The notes beneath the pieces are model-generated. The model was not told the DNA's origin. It saw only the letters and a list, made by a program, of their open reading frames with translations, and did not search any database. From assembly GCA_965263295.1 (NCBI GenBank), contig OZ253665.1, positions 256,001 through 320,000 of the forward strand: a DNA stretch of 64,000 nucleotides, in the 5' to 3' direction. Below are positions 28,264 through 39,030 of this stretch, piece by piece. The first letter of the stretch is position 1, and each line of letters opens with the position of its first letter. The position numbers and the translations under genes are program-made. Source of the stretch: Spirochaetia bacterium. Lineage in GTDB: Bacteria; Spirochaetota; Spirochaetia; SP-2023.

Positions 28264-30018
28264 GTGTTTAATATGCGAAGTGAAATCCAGGAAAAACTTG
28301 AATTTATTTATGGGGAAAAGAAGGCTGCAACGGTATTACCACAGATGCAGGAACTAATCGACAAATGGCAATCTCGCTTGCCTGCCAGTTCCCGAGACGG
28401 CGAAACCTTGCCCCTCGATCAAAGTCATGTCGTGATGATTACTTACGGCGACTCAATCCGCCGTCCCCTGCCCCAGGAAGACGCCAGCATTGCCTTTGCA
28501 GGACACACCGCCGAAGCTCCGTTGCGCACCCTGAAAGATTTTGCCGATAAATATCTCAGCGAACTCGTCTCGACCATCCACCTGCTACCCTGCTTTCCCT
28601 ACACCTCCGATGACGGCTTTTCTGTGGCCGATTATCGCAAGATCGACCCCGACCTCGGCGACTGGAACGATGTGGAACAGCTCAAAGAAAAGTTTCACCT
28701 GATGTATGACCTCGTTCTAAACCACTGCTCACAGAGCATTGAATGGTTTAAAGGCTTCCTGGCAGGAAAGCCCCAATACCACGAATGGTTCTGTACTGCT
28801 GACCCGAACGAACCCCGCCTGAAAGAAGTGTTTCGTCCTCGCGCCCTGCCGCTGCTCCACGAGTTTGACAGCACCGACGCAAACGCTAGGCCCACAGGTG
28901 AGAAGAAATGGGTATGGACTACGTTCAGCCGCGACCAGGTAGACGTAAACTTTGCCAATCCACAGGTACTCCTCGAATACTTCGATATATTTTTGGACTA
29001 TGTGGCCCACGGAGCCCAGATAGTACGCCTAGATGCCATCGGTTTTCTGTGGAAAGAACTCGGCACCACTTGTATGCATCACCCCAAAACTCATGCAGTC
29101 GTACAACTTATGCGCTCCTTAATCAAAGAAGTAGCCCCAGAATCACTACTTTTGACCGAAACCAATGTCCCCCACGCCGAAAATATTTCCTATTTTGGCG
29201 ACGGCCACAATGAAGCTCAGATGGTGTACCAGTTTTCGTTGCCGCCGCTGACGCTCAATAGCTTCATGCAGGGCAATGCCTCACATCTTACGGCCTGGGC
29301 TAAGGAGCTCCCCGCGCCTAATCCATATTACACTTTTTTTAACTTCCTCTCCTCGCACGATGGCATCGGCATGCTGCCGGCACGCGGCTACCTGAGCCAG
29401 GAAGAACAGGACTACCTAGTCGAACAAATTCTTGCACGCGGCGGCAAGGTCAACTATAAGTCGACCCCAGAAGGAGAAATTCCCTACGAACTGAATATGA
29501 ACTACCTGGACGCCATCGCTGAGCCGGAATTGTCAGTCCCGCGGCGTGCCGCCAAGTTTCTGGCCGCCGAATCTATCCTGATTGGCATGGCCGGCGTGCC
29601 GGGCATTTACGTCCACAGTATTCTCGGTTCCGGCAACTGGCTTCAGGGTGTGGAAGAATCGGGCATCAACCGCCGCATCAATCGCGAAAAGCTCGATATT
29701 GACAAACTGATCCCCGAGCTGGAACAAGCTGGCAGCTTGCGCAACCTGGTTTACAACGGTATGAGAAATATGCTGCGGGTGCGCCGCGCGCATAAATCCT
29801 TCCACCCTGCCGCAGCCCAAGTTATTTTAGAATTGGCACCTGAAGTCTTTGCCTTTGAACGCGGCAAAGGTGCTGATACCGTTCGCTGCCTGGTAAATTG
29901 CTCAGACAAAGAAATCCCGCTTTCCTGTCCTGGCGGCAAAGACCTACTCAGTGGCGATCGACATGGCGATAGCCATAGCCTAAAGCTACAAGGCTACCAA
30001 GTACTTTGGCTCGTTTAG
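28264..30018 (+). CDS. GH13_18 phosphorylase, probably glucosylglycerate phosphorylase
   Basis: ITYGD, SDDGF, DLVLNH, WTTFS.DQVD, RLDAIG nucleophile, TETNVP acid/base, SHDGIG, PYELN loop. Confidence 0.85.
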   Translation: MFNMRSEIQEKLEFIYGEKKAATVLPQMQELIDKWQSRLPASSRDGETLPLDQSHVVMITYGDSIRRPLPQEDASIAFAGHTAEAPLRTLKDFADKYLSELVSTIHLLPCFPYTSDDGFSVADYRKIDPDLGDWNDVEQLKEKFHLMYDLVLNHCSQSIEWFKGFLAGKPQYHEWFCTADPNEPRLKEVFRPRALPLLHEFDSTDANARPTGEKKWVWTTFSRDQVDVNFANPQVLLEYFDIFLDYVAHGAQIVRLDAIGFLWKELGTTCMHHPKTHAVVQLMRSLIKEVAPESLLLTETNVPHAENISYFGDGHNEAQMVYQFSLPPLTLNSFMQGNASHLTAWAKELPAPNPYYTFFNFLSSHDGIGMLPARGYLSQEEQDYLVEQILARGGKVNYKSTPEGEIPYELNMNYLDAIAEPELSVPRRAAKFLAAESILIGMAGVPGIYVHSILGSGNWLQGVEESGINRRINREKLDIDKLIPELEQAGSLRNLVYNGMRNMLRVRRAHKSFHPAAAQVILELAPEVFAFERGKGADTVRCLVNCSDKEIPLSCPGGKDLLSGDRHGDSHSLKLQGYQVLWLV

Positions 30019-30116
30019 CGCACAGACCCAATAGAATGGCCCAGCGATCCTAGAGCGAATTCTTTTTATTTGTCTTGTTTTCCTTGTACTCTAATCGGTA
30101 TAAGTTTATAAAAGTT

Positions 30117-30160
30117 AAATGCTGGCTGCCAAGCACCGAGATCAGGCAGCCAGCATTTTT
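30117..30160. terminator. Probable bidirectional intrinsic terminator between convergent genes
   Basis: Perfect 14-bp IR AAATGCTGGCTGCC / GGCAGCCAGCATTT, 14-nt loop, A/T-rich flanks. Confidence 0.7.
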
Positions 30161-30175
30161 GAATTTTGTTCCTGT

Positions 30176-31297
30176 TTATTCTGCCTTTTGAGGCGCTTTA
30201 TCAGAGTGCAACAGAGACAATTCCGTATGCAAGTCGAAGAAATGCAGCTTATCCTGGACCGGCACACAGACAAGCTCATCGCCGACAGAGATTTGGACAT
30301 CCGGCTCAAGGCGCACAATAAACTGGTGCCTACCCGTATTCAAGTACACATGGGTTTCGGCGCCTAGCGGCTCAATCACTTCGGCCTTGGCACGAATGCT
30401 GCCGTGATCAGCACCACTGCCATGTTTGACATCTTCCGGCCGCAACCCTACCAATACTTCTTTGCCAATATAGGACTGCAGCTTCTCTGCCGCCTCAGTC
30501 GGGACTTCCGACCGCAGACCACCTTCATCGACGACGATCTTTCCATTCTCTTCGACTACCTTGGCCGCAACAATATTCATCGGCGGCGAACCGATAAAAG
30601 CGGCGACAAAACGGTTGCAAGGAGTATTGTAAAGCTCCATGGGACTGCCGATCTGCTGTATGCGACCATCCTTCATGACCACGATCTTGTCCCCCATGGT
30701 CATCGCCTCAATCTGGTCGTGGGTGACATAAATCATAGTTGCCTGCAGGCGATTGTGCAGGGCCGAAATTTCTGTGCGCATCTGCACCCGCAACTTGGCG
30801 TCCAAGTTGGAAAGGGGTTCGTCAAACAGGAAAACTTTGGGATGACGAACGATGGCCCGGCCCAGCGCCACGCGCTGACGCTGCCCGCCAGAAAGAGCCT
30901 TAGGCTTGCGGTCGAGCAATTCTTTAAGGTGCAGAATACCCGCAGCCTCCTGCACGCGCCGGTCAATCTCGTCTTTTGCGAACTTGCGAATCTTCAGGCC
31001 AAAAGCCATGTTGTCATAAACCGACATGTGGGGATACAGCGCATAATTCTGGAACACCATGGCAATGTCGCGATCTTTGGGTTGTACGTCGTTGACGCGC
31101 TTGCCATCAATCAGCAAATCGCCGCCGGTGATTTCTTCCAAGCCCGCAATCATGCGCAGGGTAGTCGTTTTACCACAGCCCGAAGGACCCACTAACACGA
31201 CAAATTCCCGGTTGTTAATATGGATATTCGACTTTTCGACTGCAGTGACACCACCTTCGTAAACCTTCGTAATATCCTTCAAGATGACTTCTGCCAT
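30176..31297 (-). CDS. Carbohydrate ABC transporter ATP-binding subunit (MsmX/MalK/UgpC family)
   Basis: GPSGCGKTT, VFQNYALYPHM, LSGGQRQRVALGR, DEPLSNLDAKLR, C-terminal TOBE region. Confidence 0.93.
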   Translation of the reverse strand: MAEVILKDITKVYEGGVTAVEKSNIHINNREFVVLVGPSGCGKTTTLRMIAGLEEITGGDLLIDGKRVNDVQPKDRDIAMVFQNYALYPHMSVYDNMAFGLKIRKFAKDEIDRRVQEAAGILHLKELLDRKPKALSGGQRQRVALGRAIVRHPKVFLFDEPLSNLDAKLRVQMRTEISALHNRLQATMIYVTHDQIEAMTMGDKIVVMKDGRIQQIGSPMELYNTPCNRFVAAFIGSPPMNIVAAKVVEENGKIVVDEGGLRSEVPTEAAEKLQSYIGKEVLVGLRPEDVKHGSGADHGSIRAKAEVIEPLGAETHVYLNTGRHQFIVRLEPDVQISVGDELVCVPVQDKLHFFDLHTELSLLHSDKAPQKAE

Positions 31298-31415
31298 AAG
31301 AAATCTCCTTTATCAGGGGTATTGCTCTGCTCACGGGGGAGCAGGTTATGTCAATGATTTTGATGCAGCTGCAGGCTCCTGTCAAGTAAAAGGTTATTTG
31401 GACCGACTTGCGGTC

Positions 31416-33797
31416 TCAATGCTTTGCGCCATGAATCCGTTTCCAGGCTCCCAATACAAACTTCAAATCGTCATAACTGATTTTTGGAGGCAACAATTCT
31501 TTAATCGGGCGCAGGCGCTGCAAACCTGAGCGGCCATTGTCCGGCAATTGCTGCAGAAGCTTCTCAACGATCTGCCTATGCTCTAGGTCTACATAGTCAT
31601 CGACATTGAGCTTTCCTTGCTCGATCAGACTGCCGACATGCGAAGACACAGTTTGCCGGCTCAGACCACGCTCTTTGGCTACCTGCCCTATGCTCACTCC
31701 TTGCTCCAATAGCTCCAATGTTAGTGCTGTCGTTGAACGGCCATTGTGCAAACGAGAATTTGAACGGACCATTGTAGAATGGGAAGCCTTGGTATCATGG
31801 ACGACCTTGCGAAAGGATTTTAATTCGATAATCCGCCGCTGTTTTAAAGCCTTTTCTCCCTCTTCACTCAAGACTATAACTGTGAACTCAGAACTTTCCC
31901 GGCTTTGATATTGCAAGTAGCCACCCCGTAACAATTCGTCAATGGCCCCCTCAATCTGCTTCTGGGCTATGGCTGCCAGGCGGCCATAGTAACGCTGTTG
32001 GCGCAAGTTTTCTGTCATCTTTTGCGAAGCCGAACCCGATAACAACTGGGCGATACGTCGCCGCCCGACCGAAATACCTGCCACTTCCAGTTGACGTATG
32101 CTATCCAGCACGATTAAGGCCGCACGTTGCGGCCGATTGAGCTGACTCAATAAATTGGGCTCTGCCAGAGCTTCCGAAGCATCATAATTGTGCCGCAGGC
32201 CTTGGCGGAAACAATAGTCGCAGCAGACGGATGCACTTAGCTCCACATTGCCACTATGATCGCTAAAGTATGCCAGCAGAATTTGCCGGCGGCAAGAATC
32301 AGTTTGAGCGTAGTGGGTCATCTGCTCTAATTGGCTCTTGCGGTGACTTTTATATTTTTCTAATTGCTGGATTGACGCTGCTGCTCTAGCCTCATGCCAA
32401 GGACTTAATTGCAGATGCAGAGTGCCGTCTTCAATGCCAGACATGGCAAGCTCGGCATGCCGTAAGATCCCAGCCTTCTCCAGGTGTGAGAGAGCCAGCC
32501 TTAATTTCTGCGCATTCCACCCCAAACGCTGACTCAAATCTTGCAGCCGGCAAACTAAGCTTACAGCTTCTCTGATACTTTCTGGCTTCTGATCTATGGC
32601 ATACTCTTGCAGATGCTGGTATAATGTATACAAATTATTTGCATCAATACTATTTTGGCAAATAAAGAAATTTTGTAGTGAACGATCCTGTGGCGAATAC
32701 AGTAACACGGCACGAGCTGGCCGCCCGTCACGCCCGGCACGTCCCGCTTCTTGATAATAGGCTTCCAGCGTAGCCGGTAAGCTATAATGTAGCACCAAGC
32801 GTACGTCCGCGCGATCTATGCCCATGCCAAAAGCATTAGTGGCAACGACTATCCCCAATTTGCCAGCGCTAAAGTCATCTTGAATCTGTTCGCGCTGCGA
32901 CACAGCCATGCCGGCATGGTAGCAAGCACACGGCAACTGCAAATTTTGGCCGATAAAAGTAGCCACCTCTTCCGTTTCTTTACGCGTTGCCACATAAACA
33001 ATGCAAGCTCCGGCACTTCCGTGTACAGTTCCCCTCTGCACTGGCCTGGCGCTTGTGACAGCAAACTGTTCTTGTAGCAACAGAGCCAGCTCCTGCAGTT
33101 TAGCCCGGGCTCCAGACGCATAAAATACCTCAAAGCTCAGGTTGGGGCGGTTAAATCCTGTGACAACACGCTGAGCTGCAGGTATGCCTAGTATCTGGAT
33201 AATGTCGTCTTGCACCAAAGTAGTCGCCGTGGCCGTCAAAGCCACAGTCAAAGGTTCTCCCAGTTCCTTGCGAGCTCCGGCTATGCGCCGATAATCTGGA
33301 CGAAAGTCATGTCCCCAGCTAGAAATACAATGAGCTTCGTCAATCACTAGCAGATTGATTTCTACATTTTTAAGAGCCTCCACAAAGGAGCTCTGCCGCA
33401 ATCGTTCGGGCGTGACATACACCAGGTCATAGTGGCCTTGCAACATCGCACTGCTACGTTGCCTCTGTTCGGCTCCACTCAAAGTGCTATTAATATATGT
33501 CGCCGCGATGCCTCGCGCATGTAAATTGTCTACCTGATCTTTCATCAGTGCGAGCAGAGGCGAGAGCACCAGAGTCAAAGATACGCTTTGCCCCAGCTGT
33601 CCCGCAGCCTCCGCGACCCTACATTTGCGACGCTCTGCCAAAGCCAAGGCGGAATATTGATAGATCAATGACTTCCCAGCACCGGTGGGCATTATCACCA
33701 AAGTATTATGCCCAGCAAGAATATGCCGGACTGCCCGTTCTTGCCCGCTACGGAACTCCTTGAAGCCAAAGTATCTCTGCAGTAAATCTTGCTTCAT
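31416..33797 (-). CDS. recQ: RecQ-family ATP-dependent DNA helicase
   Basis: MPTGAGKS, IDEAHCISSWGHDFRP, ALTATAT, YYQEAGRAGRDG, CRR...CCDYC Zn site, RQC and C-terminal HTH. Confidence 0.92.
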   Translation of the reverse strand: MKQDLLQRYFGFKEFRSGQERAVRHILAGHNTLVIMPTGAGKSLIYQYSALALAERRKCRVAEAAGQLGQSVSLTLVLSPLLALMKDQVDNLHARGIAATYINSTLSGAEQRQRSSAMLQGHYDLVYVTPERLRQSSFVEALKNVEINLLVIDEAHCISSWGHDFRPDYRRIAGARKELGEPLTVALTATATTLVQDDIIQILGIPAAQRVVTGFNRPNLSFEVFYASGARAKLQELALLLQEQFAVTSARPVQRGTVHGSAGACIVYVATRKETEEVATFIGQNLQLPCACYHAGMAVSQREQIQDDFSAGKLGIVVATNAFGMGIDRADVRLVLHYSLPATLEAYYQEAGRAGRDGRPARAVLLYSPQDRSLQNFFICQNSIDANNLYTLYQHLQEYAIDQKPESIREAVSLVCRLQDLSQRLGWNAQKLRLALSHLEKAGILRHAELAMSGIEDGTLHLQLSPWHEARAAASIQQLEKYKSHRKSQLEQMTHYAQTDSCRRQILLAYFSDHSGNVELSASVCCDYCFRQGLRHNYDASEALAEPNLLSQLNRPQRAALIVLDSIRQLEVAGISVGRRRIAQLLSGSASQKMTENLRQQRYYGRLAAIAQKQIEGAIDELLRGGYLQYQSRESSEFTVIVLSEEGEKALKQRRIIELKSFRKVVHDTKASHSTMVRSNSRLHNGRSTTALTLELLEQGVSIGQVAKERGLSRQTVSSHVGSLIEQGKLNVDDYVDLEHRQIVEKLLQQLPDNGRSGLQRLRPIKELLPPKISYDDLKFVLGAWKRIHGAKH

Positions 33798-33856
33798 ATT
33801 AAATAAAAAGGAAGGAATACAAAATTATTGCTCGACGGTGCAGTGCTCTTTTGCCG

Positions 33857-36133
33857 TTACTGGCCAGGGCTCTCTCCCTGAGCTTGTTCTTCAGCGTCTC
33901 TGCTGCCCGTTTCCGTATCTCCCCTCGCCGCGTTAAACGACGCCCCTGTGTCGAGCTTATCAACAGCTTGTATAGACACAAAAGTATTATCGCTGTGTGG
34001 CTCAACTTTTTTATGGACACCTTTGCGATAACTTTCAGGGTCATCAAGCAATTTGCCATCTTTGAGCTCACGCCATAACACCAGGCTATCCAACTTCATG
34101 TTCAAAAGTTCTTTACTGGGATCGCGCCGCCTGTCGTGAATGTGGTAATTGTCGTGAATATAATCAGCTAGTATCCCATCCAGCTCATCACTCTCATCTC
34201 TAGAAAGATAATTTTGTTTACTAATTTCAGCCAACACTAACATGCGATAAAAAATATCAACCTTATTGTCCGTATTCTCAACTGCGGACAAAGACTTGCG
34301 TAACAATCGCACAGCTGCTGCGAAATCAGCTTGATATACATATAAATTGGCCATATTATAGTAAATACGCCAACTGGGATTTTGGGCGATTAAATCCTCA
34401 AAAACACTTTGCGCAGTATCAAAATCTCGCTTTAGAGTTGCGTTAATAGCCATGTATTCTTGGGCCCATACCGGAAAATCTTTTTCCTGTATGCGGGAAT
34501 CAGCATCCACTAAAACCAGATTACGATAACGTTCTAAAGCCAGGTCTACATCTTCTGTACGGTTTAAACCAATGAAATACCACAACAAATAATGCAGGAT
34601 CTGATCATATTGGGGAAATCGACTGAACAAGTCCCAAAGTTTACTGCTGAACTTCTGTCGATTGATACGCTTTTCTTCAAATATCAAAGAGGCCAGGACT
34701 AAATTAGGCTGGTTATTGGTATCCTTAGAAATAAGTTCACTTAACATACTTTTGGCATACTCTTTTTCATCCGCAGGGGCTACCATATTGAGTAACAGAA
34801 GTAGTTCACTCGCATGTGGAAAGGTGTTACGCCCCTGACGCAAAACTTCAAAAGCTGTGGCATTTTCGCCTAACTCGCGATAGGCCGCTGCAAGATTATA
34901 ATATAGTTCCCAGGACCCCAGGTTATCCGAAAGCCCTGCCGAATTGTGACTAACATCAAATTCTGGAGAGCTGATTGAGGTCTGAGCTGCCGATTCTGCC
35001 CCTTTCTCAATAAGATGATGGTCTTTCATTGCATGCAAGGACTTGTCCACCAGGCCAATAGCGGAATCCAGTACCCCAATAGCCTCGCGATACTTTCCTT
35101 GATAAACGTAGGCATCGCCCAAATATTGTAAGGTTTTAGCATTCAGATTCCCGGCCTGAACTTCCCTGATTCTCTCGTTTTCAAATAAGCGGCTAGCCAA
35201 AGACCAATCTTTGTTGTCATAAGCAATTAGGCCGGCGGCAAGACGATTGAGCCAGCTTTGCTCCTGCAATTCCCGAACCAAGGCCAAAGCTTTATCCTTT
35301 TCGCCTTGCAGCATATACAACAATGCCGCATTCCAGGCAAAGCGCGGTTGTCGCAACAAACGTGCTAAATTGATGTAAGTGGCTGCGGTATAGGGTGACT
35401 CACGAACAACCTCTGCAATACTCAAGTTGCCGATGTCATCCTCTTTGCGACTATTACGCTCTGCACGCCGATATTGGGCGCGTGCTTCCACAAGGCTGTA
35501 AACCAAGATTTCACCTTTTAAAGGCTGATAACGACTGGACTCCAAGTGATCGGAAGCCGCGATCGCCTGCGCCAGTTTATCCTGATTTAACAGGGCCGCA
35601 GCTCGATAAGCCCACAAATTCTCGTTCCCAGGTATATCTTTGACAGCGTAATTGGTTACTTTCAAGACATATGAGGCGCCCATTTCCAGGTCTGGGATTT
35701 GATACGCCCGCTTTATAAGGCGCAGATAATCCCGTTCATTGTCAGCTTTTTTGGCGGCACTCTGATACAACTTAATATTAGCGACACTCGCACCTCGTCC
35801 TTGAATCTGATCAATTTCTTGCAATATCGCTTCAAAGTTGCGCCCTTCACGAAAGACAAGGAATACCAGTAATATACCACTAAGTAAAAGCAAAAAAACA
35901 AAGACAAATGAAGTCGACACATTATTTCTGCCCCGCGCCGGACCGGACCGGGGCCATAGTTGTCGATTAAGCTTCCCAGATGATTTTGGGGGCTGGCCCC
36001 CAGGCCATGAATCAGCAGCTTTACTTCCATTTTTTACGCTACCGGGTTGCGCGCCTTTTTTTAAGACCTTTGCCGAAGTCGCAATTTGAGAATTATTGAG
36101 AACAAGCGGATTCTCTCCCGGCTCATCTGCCAA
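33857..36133 (-). CDS. Membrane-anchored tetratricopeptide-repeat protein
   Basis: One N-terminal TM helix; repeated YYNLA/YYNMA/YLGDAY helical motifs; TTG start with GGAGG RBS. Confidence 0.7.
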   Translation of the reverse strand: MADEPGENPLVLNNSQIATSAKVLKKGAQPGSVKNGSKAADSWPGGQPPKSSGKLNRQLWPRSGPARGRNNVSTSFVFVFLLLLSGILLVFLVFREGRNFEAILQEIDQIQGRGASVANIKLYQSAAKKADNERDYLRLIKRAYQIPDLEMGASYVLKVTNYAVKDIPGNENLWAYRAAALLNQDKLAQAIAASDHLESSRYQPLKGEILVYSLVEARAQYRRAERNSRKEDDIGNLSIAEVVRESPYTAATYINLARLLRQPRFAWNAALLYMLQGEKDKALALVRELQEQSWLNRLAAGLIAYDNKDWSLASRLFENERIREVQAGNLNAKTLQYLGDAYVYQGKYREAIGVLDSAIGLVDKSLHAMKDHHLIEKGAESAAQTSISSPEFDVSHNSAGLSDNLGSWELYYNLAAAYRELGENATAFEVLRQGRNTFPHASELLLLLNMVAPADEKEYAKSMLSELISKDTNNQPNLVLASLIFEEKRINRQKFSSKLWDLFSRFPQYDQILHYLLWYFIGLNRTEDVDLALERYRNLVLVDADSRIQEKDFPVWAQEYMAINATLKRDFDTAQSVFEDLIAQNPSWRIYYNMANLYVYQADFAAAVRLLRKSLSAVENTDNKVDIFYRMLVLAEISKQNYLSRDESDELDGILADYIHDNYHIHDRRRDPSKELLNMKLDSLVLWRELKDGKLLDDPESYRKGVHKKVEPHSDNTFVSIQAVDKLDTGASFNAARGDTETGSRDAEEQAQGESPGQ

Positions 36134-36265
36134 AGCTTTGCCCTCCTAAAATCAATACCCGCCAGGATGCCGACCAGCAAGAGGCGAACACTGAAATTAT
36201 CGGAATCCGCATGCCATCTGTTAGTTAAATCCTGACTCAGCTATTTTTTCTGATGAGAATGCAGA

Positions 36266-36772
36266 CTAGAATTCAGACTCACCGGGAGCCACCTCCTCAG
36301 GCGAGAATCTACTATCTGAATTCTCTAATTCACTGCGGAATTTTCTTGACAAACTGTGCAGGACCCCATTGACCAGGCGATAAGACTGTTCACTAGAGAA
36401 ACTATGGCACAGATTGACACATTCATCAATGATAACCTTAGACGGCGTGTCTAACAAGAATTGCAACATATAACAACCTAATCGTAATATGGCACGGTCC
36501 ACCGCCAGAAGTCGATCCATCGTCCAGTTTCGCAGCTCGCCAATAATATTCTCATCAAGTGAAGCCAAATTTTTCCCCACGCCTTGCACTAACAGCTTCG
36601 CCATTAGGAGTTCATCAGAGCTAGCTTCGCGATCCAACCAGGAGAAGTCCAGCACATCGGCTTCATCGGCTTTCGAGCCGAGCCGCTGTTGTTCTTGGGC
36701 ATATAAAACCTGTAGAGCGAGTATCCGCGCACGGCGCTGTAACTTTCGACCTGCCATATGATTTACAGTCAC
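36266..36772 (-). CDS. nusB: Transcription antitermination factor NusB
   Basis: RRARILALQVLY, VDRAILRLG, VIIDECVNL, LVNGVL. Confidence 0.93.
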   Translation of the reverse strand: MTVNHMAGRKLQRRARILALQVLYAQEQQRLGSKADEADVLDFSWLDREASSDELLMAKLLVQGVGKNLASLDENIIGELRNWTMDRLLAVDRAILRLGCYMLQFLLDTPSKVIIDECVNLCHSFSSEQSYRLVNGVLHSLSRKFRSELENSDSRFSPEEVAPGESEF

Positions 36773-37839
36773 TTTTGCAAAGGCTTGTACAAAATCTTTA
36801 TTGTAGCTTCCTTGCGCAACTGCTCCATATATTTGCTAACTAACTCTTCCAGGCGTTTGGCCTGGGCCTGCTGCACTAGCAGGCTACGTACAGCATCCTT
36901 GACAGTTTGACCATTAGAGCCCGGAATCTCCGCGTCCAACTTATAAAGCCCAGCTGCCTGATAATCTGTGATCACAACTATATGGTAACCAACATTCGAT
37001 TGCAACATTGCAATCTCGCCTTTACGCAAAGTAAAAAGCTGATCAAAAAAGCTTTTGCCAAAAACTTTTTCCAACTCCGGCATACCGCGCGGTATATAGC
37101 TAACATCACCGCCGCGAGTCTTTGATTGCGGATCGTCAGAGTAGAGCGGTGCCAAGTCAGAAATCTTTTCACCGTTGACTTTAACGCGCTTCAGCAGGTC
37201 TTCAGCCTTATTTTTTACGGCTTTTTTGGCATTTTCATCCGTACTGTCAAACTGCACTAAAATCTGATTAAAACGGATCATGTCCTTGTGCACAAATTGT
37301 TGTAGATTTTCATTATAAGTATACTCTATCTGTTTGTCGGACGGCTCGGCAACATTCTGTAAATCACTACCATATTTTTTTTGCACAAAGCGACGAATAA
37401 TTATGCTATTGCGGGCATTATTTAAAAATTCCTTATAGGCCAGGCCTTTTTGCTCCAGGAGCTTACGCATTTCGGCCTCACTGAGCGGCTTGCCCGCCTG
37501 TTGCGAAACCATTTGCAGAGCAAAAGTATTCACCTCGTCGTCACTGACGGAAATGTCGTCGCGTTCGGCCGCCTGCAGTACCAAATGATTATTAATCAAA
37601 GACTCCAATACTTCCTTGCGATCATCGTCATCCAGCTGCCCACCTCGCAATTCGGCTAGACGACGGATCACCTCATTGTACTCTTTTCCTAAAATAACTT
37701 CAGTCTTGATCAAGCGAATAGTCGCCAGTGTCTCAGTATCTTTCTGGGCAAACAAAGCTGTCACAACAAAGCTGACAGACAACCAAGTCAAACCAGTCTT
37801 TAACAACAGCGTCGTACTTCTCGCCATATATCCATTCAT
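36769..37839 (-). CDS. SurA-like periplasmic chaperone/parvulin-type peptidyl-prolyl isomerase
   Basis: Signal peptide, SurA-N-like VLESLINNHLVLQAAE, YSDDPQSKTRGGDV, SNVGYHIV. Confidence 0.82.
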   Translation of the reverse strand: MNGYMARSTTLLLKTGLTWLSVSFVVTALFAQKDTETLATIRLIKTEVILGKEYNEVIRRLAELRGGQLDDDDRKEVLESLINNHLVLQAAERDDISVSDDEVNTFALQMVSQQAGKPLSEAEMRKLLEQKGLAYKEFLNNARNSIIIRRFVQKKYGSDLQNVAEPSDKQIEYTYNENLQQFVHKDMIRFNQILVQFDSTDENAKKAVKNKAEDLLKRVKVNGEKISDLAPLYSDDPQSKTRGGDVSYIPRGMPELEKVFGKSFFDQLFTLRKGEIAMLQSNVGYHIVVITDYQAAGLYKLDAEIPGSNGQTVKDAVRSLLVQQAQAKRLEELVSKYMEQLRKEATIKILYKPLQK

Positions 37840-37889
37840 AAATTATCTCGATTATTGCCTGCCCCGGAAAACCTTTCGCAGAATCAAAG

Positions 37890-38303
37890 TTATTTGTAAA
37901 TATTCAGACGCTGACCAATTGAGTGAGCCTCACTGGGCTTAACGACAATGTCTGACAGAAACAATACCAAGCCGCAGGACTCCAGCCAATTCATCCATAA
38001 CAGTAAGCTTTTACTCGCCCAAAGGCCTTTTCTCAAAAGGAAAGCATAAGCTGCCTTGCCTGAAATATTACCAATATTTTTCAAGCTTTGCCTGGCAGAA
38101 TTATCCAGTTTGCCAGAAAGTAGGGAGTAAGCTTCAATTCCCAGCAACAGGTAATCGTAAATAAACAAATTACTTGAGTCTTTCAAGCCATTAATCAGTG
38201 TCACATCATGCCCTTGTTTACCAACCCCTTGGGCGTAGGCCCTAGCTACTTGAGAAAGCCGGCCCTGTGTATTGGAACTAAAGTAAACAACGGCAACACG
38301 CAT
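37890..38303 (-). CDS. Flavodoxin-like fold hypothetical protein
   Basis: MRVAVVYFS...A.A.AQG...GHDVTL...YDYLLLG pattern; GGAG RBS. Confidence 0.55.
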   Translation of the reverse strand: MRVAVVYFSSNTQGRLSQVARAYAQGVGKQGHDVTLINGLKDSSNLFIYDYLLLGIEAYSLLSGKLDNSARQSLKNIGNISGKAAYAFLLRKGLWASKSLLLWMNWLESCGLVLFLSDIVVKPSEAHSIGQRLNIYK

Positions 38304-38479
38304 CCGTATCTCCTAAATATCTTGAAGCTCCAGAAATCCCAGCCAGTATACTAAAAAAATATGAACCGTTTGAGAATACATATAAATACGGGCCGAATAT
38401 CAATAAATATTTGATTGAAATCGACTCTGGATTCATGGCGAGATAGAAAACCCAATAAATGACTCCCGCAATCCAATCC

Positions 38480-38980
38480 CTAGTTCTCTTCCTTTGCTTC
38501 GGCTGTCTGCGCCTCAGCACCTGTACTCTCTTCTGTCTGCATTTCAACTGGTACATTGACCCGAACTGGTTCTTCAATATCCTGATCTTCCCCTGTGGCA
38601 GGAGCAGCAAGACCTCCTTCAGCTTTCACAGCATCTTCGGAATTGGCAGCATCTTCTGCCCCCGGAGTTTGCAAAAACCAAGATTCCTCTTCTAATTGTC
38701 CCTGATTTTGATATTCGCTCTGCGCTTCTTGCAAGGCATCGTAATTAACCCCAAAACGACTAATTACAAAGGCCACAGCTAGACACAACACCAAAAATGA
38801 AATCCCCAAGATCCTCGTCAATTTTCCCAAGAAGCTATCGCCGCTACTAAACGGACTCTGACCACTACTACCAAACAGACCCATTCCCGAACCTTGGTCA
38901 TCTTGCAGCAAAATCAACAATATCGTAATAATCGCTGATATAACCAGCAAGGTAATCAAAGTTGTCAATAAAGTTCCCAT
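38480..38980 (-). CDS. secG: Preprotein translocase subunit SecG with long acidic tail
   Basis: ILLQDDQGSGMGLFG...FLGKLT two-TM pattern; directly downstream of tpiA. Confidence 0.88.
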   Translation of the reverse strand: MGTLLTTLITLLVISAIITILLILLQDDQGSGMGLFGSSGQSPFSSGDSFLGKLTRILGISFLVLCLAVAFVISRFGVNYDALQEAQSEYQNQGQLEEESWFLQTPGAEDAANSEDAVKAEGGLAAPATGEDQDIEEPVRVNVPVEMQTEESTGAEAQTAEAKEEN

Positions 38981-39030
38981 AATTTACGTTTCCGCCTACC
39001 TCTTCCACCCATTTGAAAATTCTCTTCTAC

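Noticed and set aside
38304..38479. tRNA downstream of secG, as found in many bacteria
   Set aside because: No cloverleaf or T-loop (GTTCRA) motif is visible.
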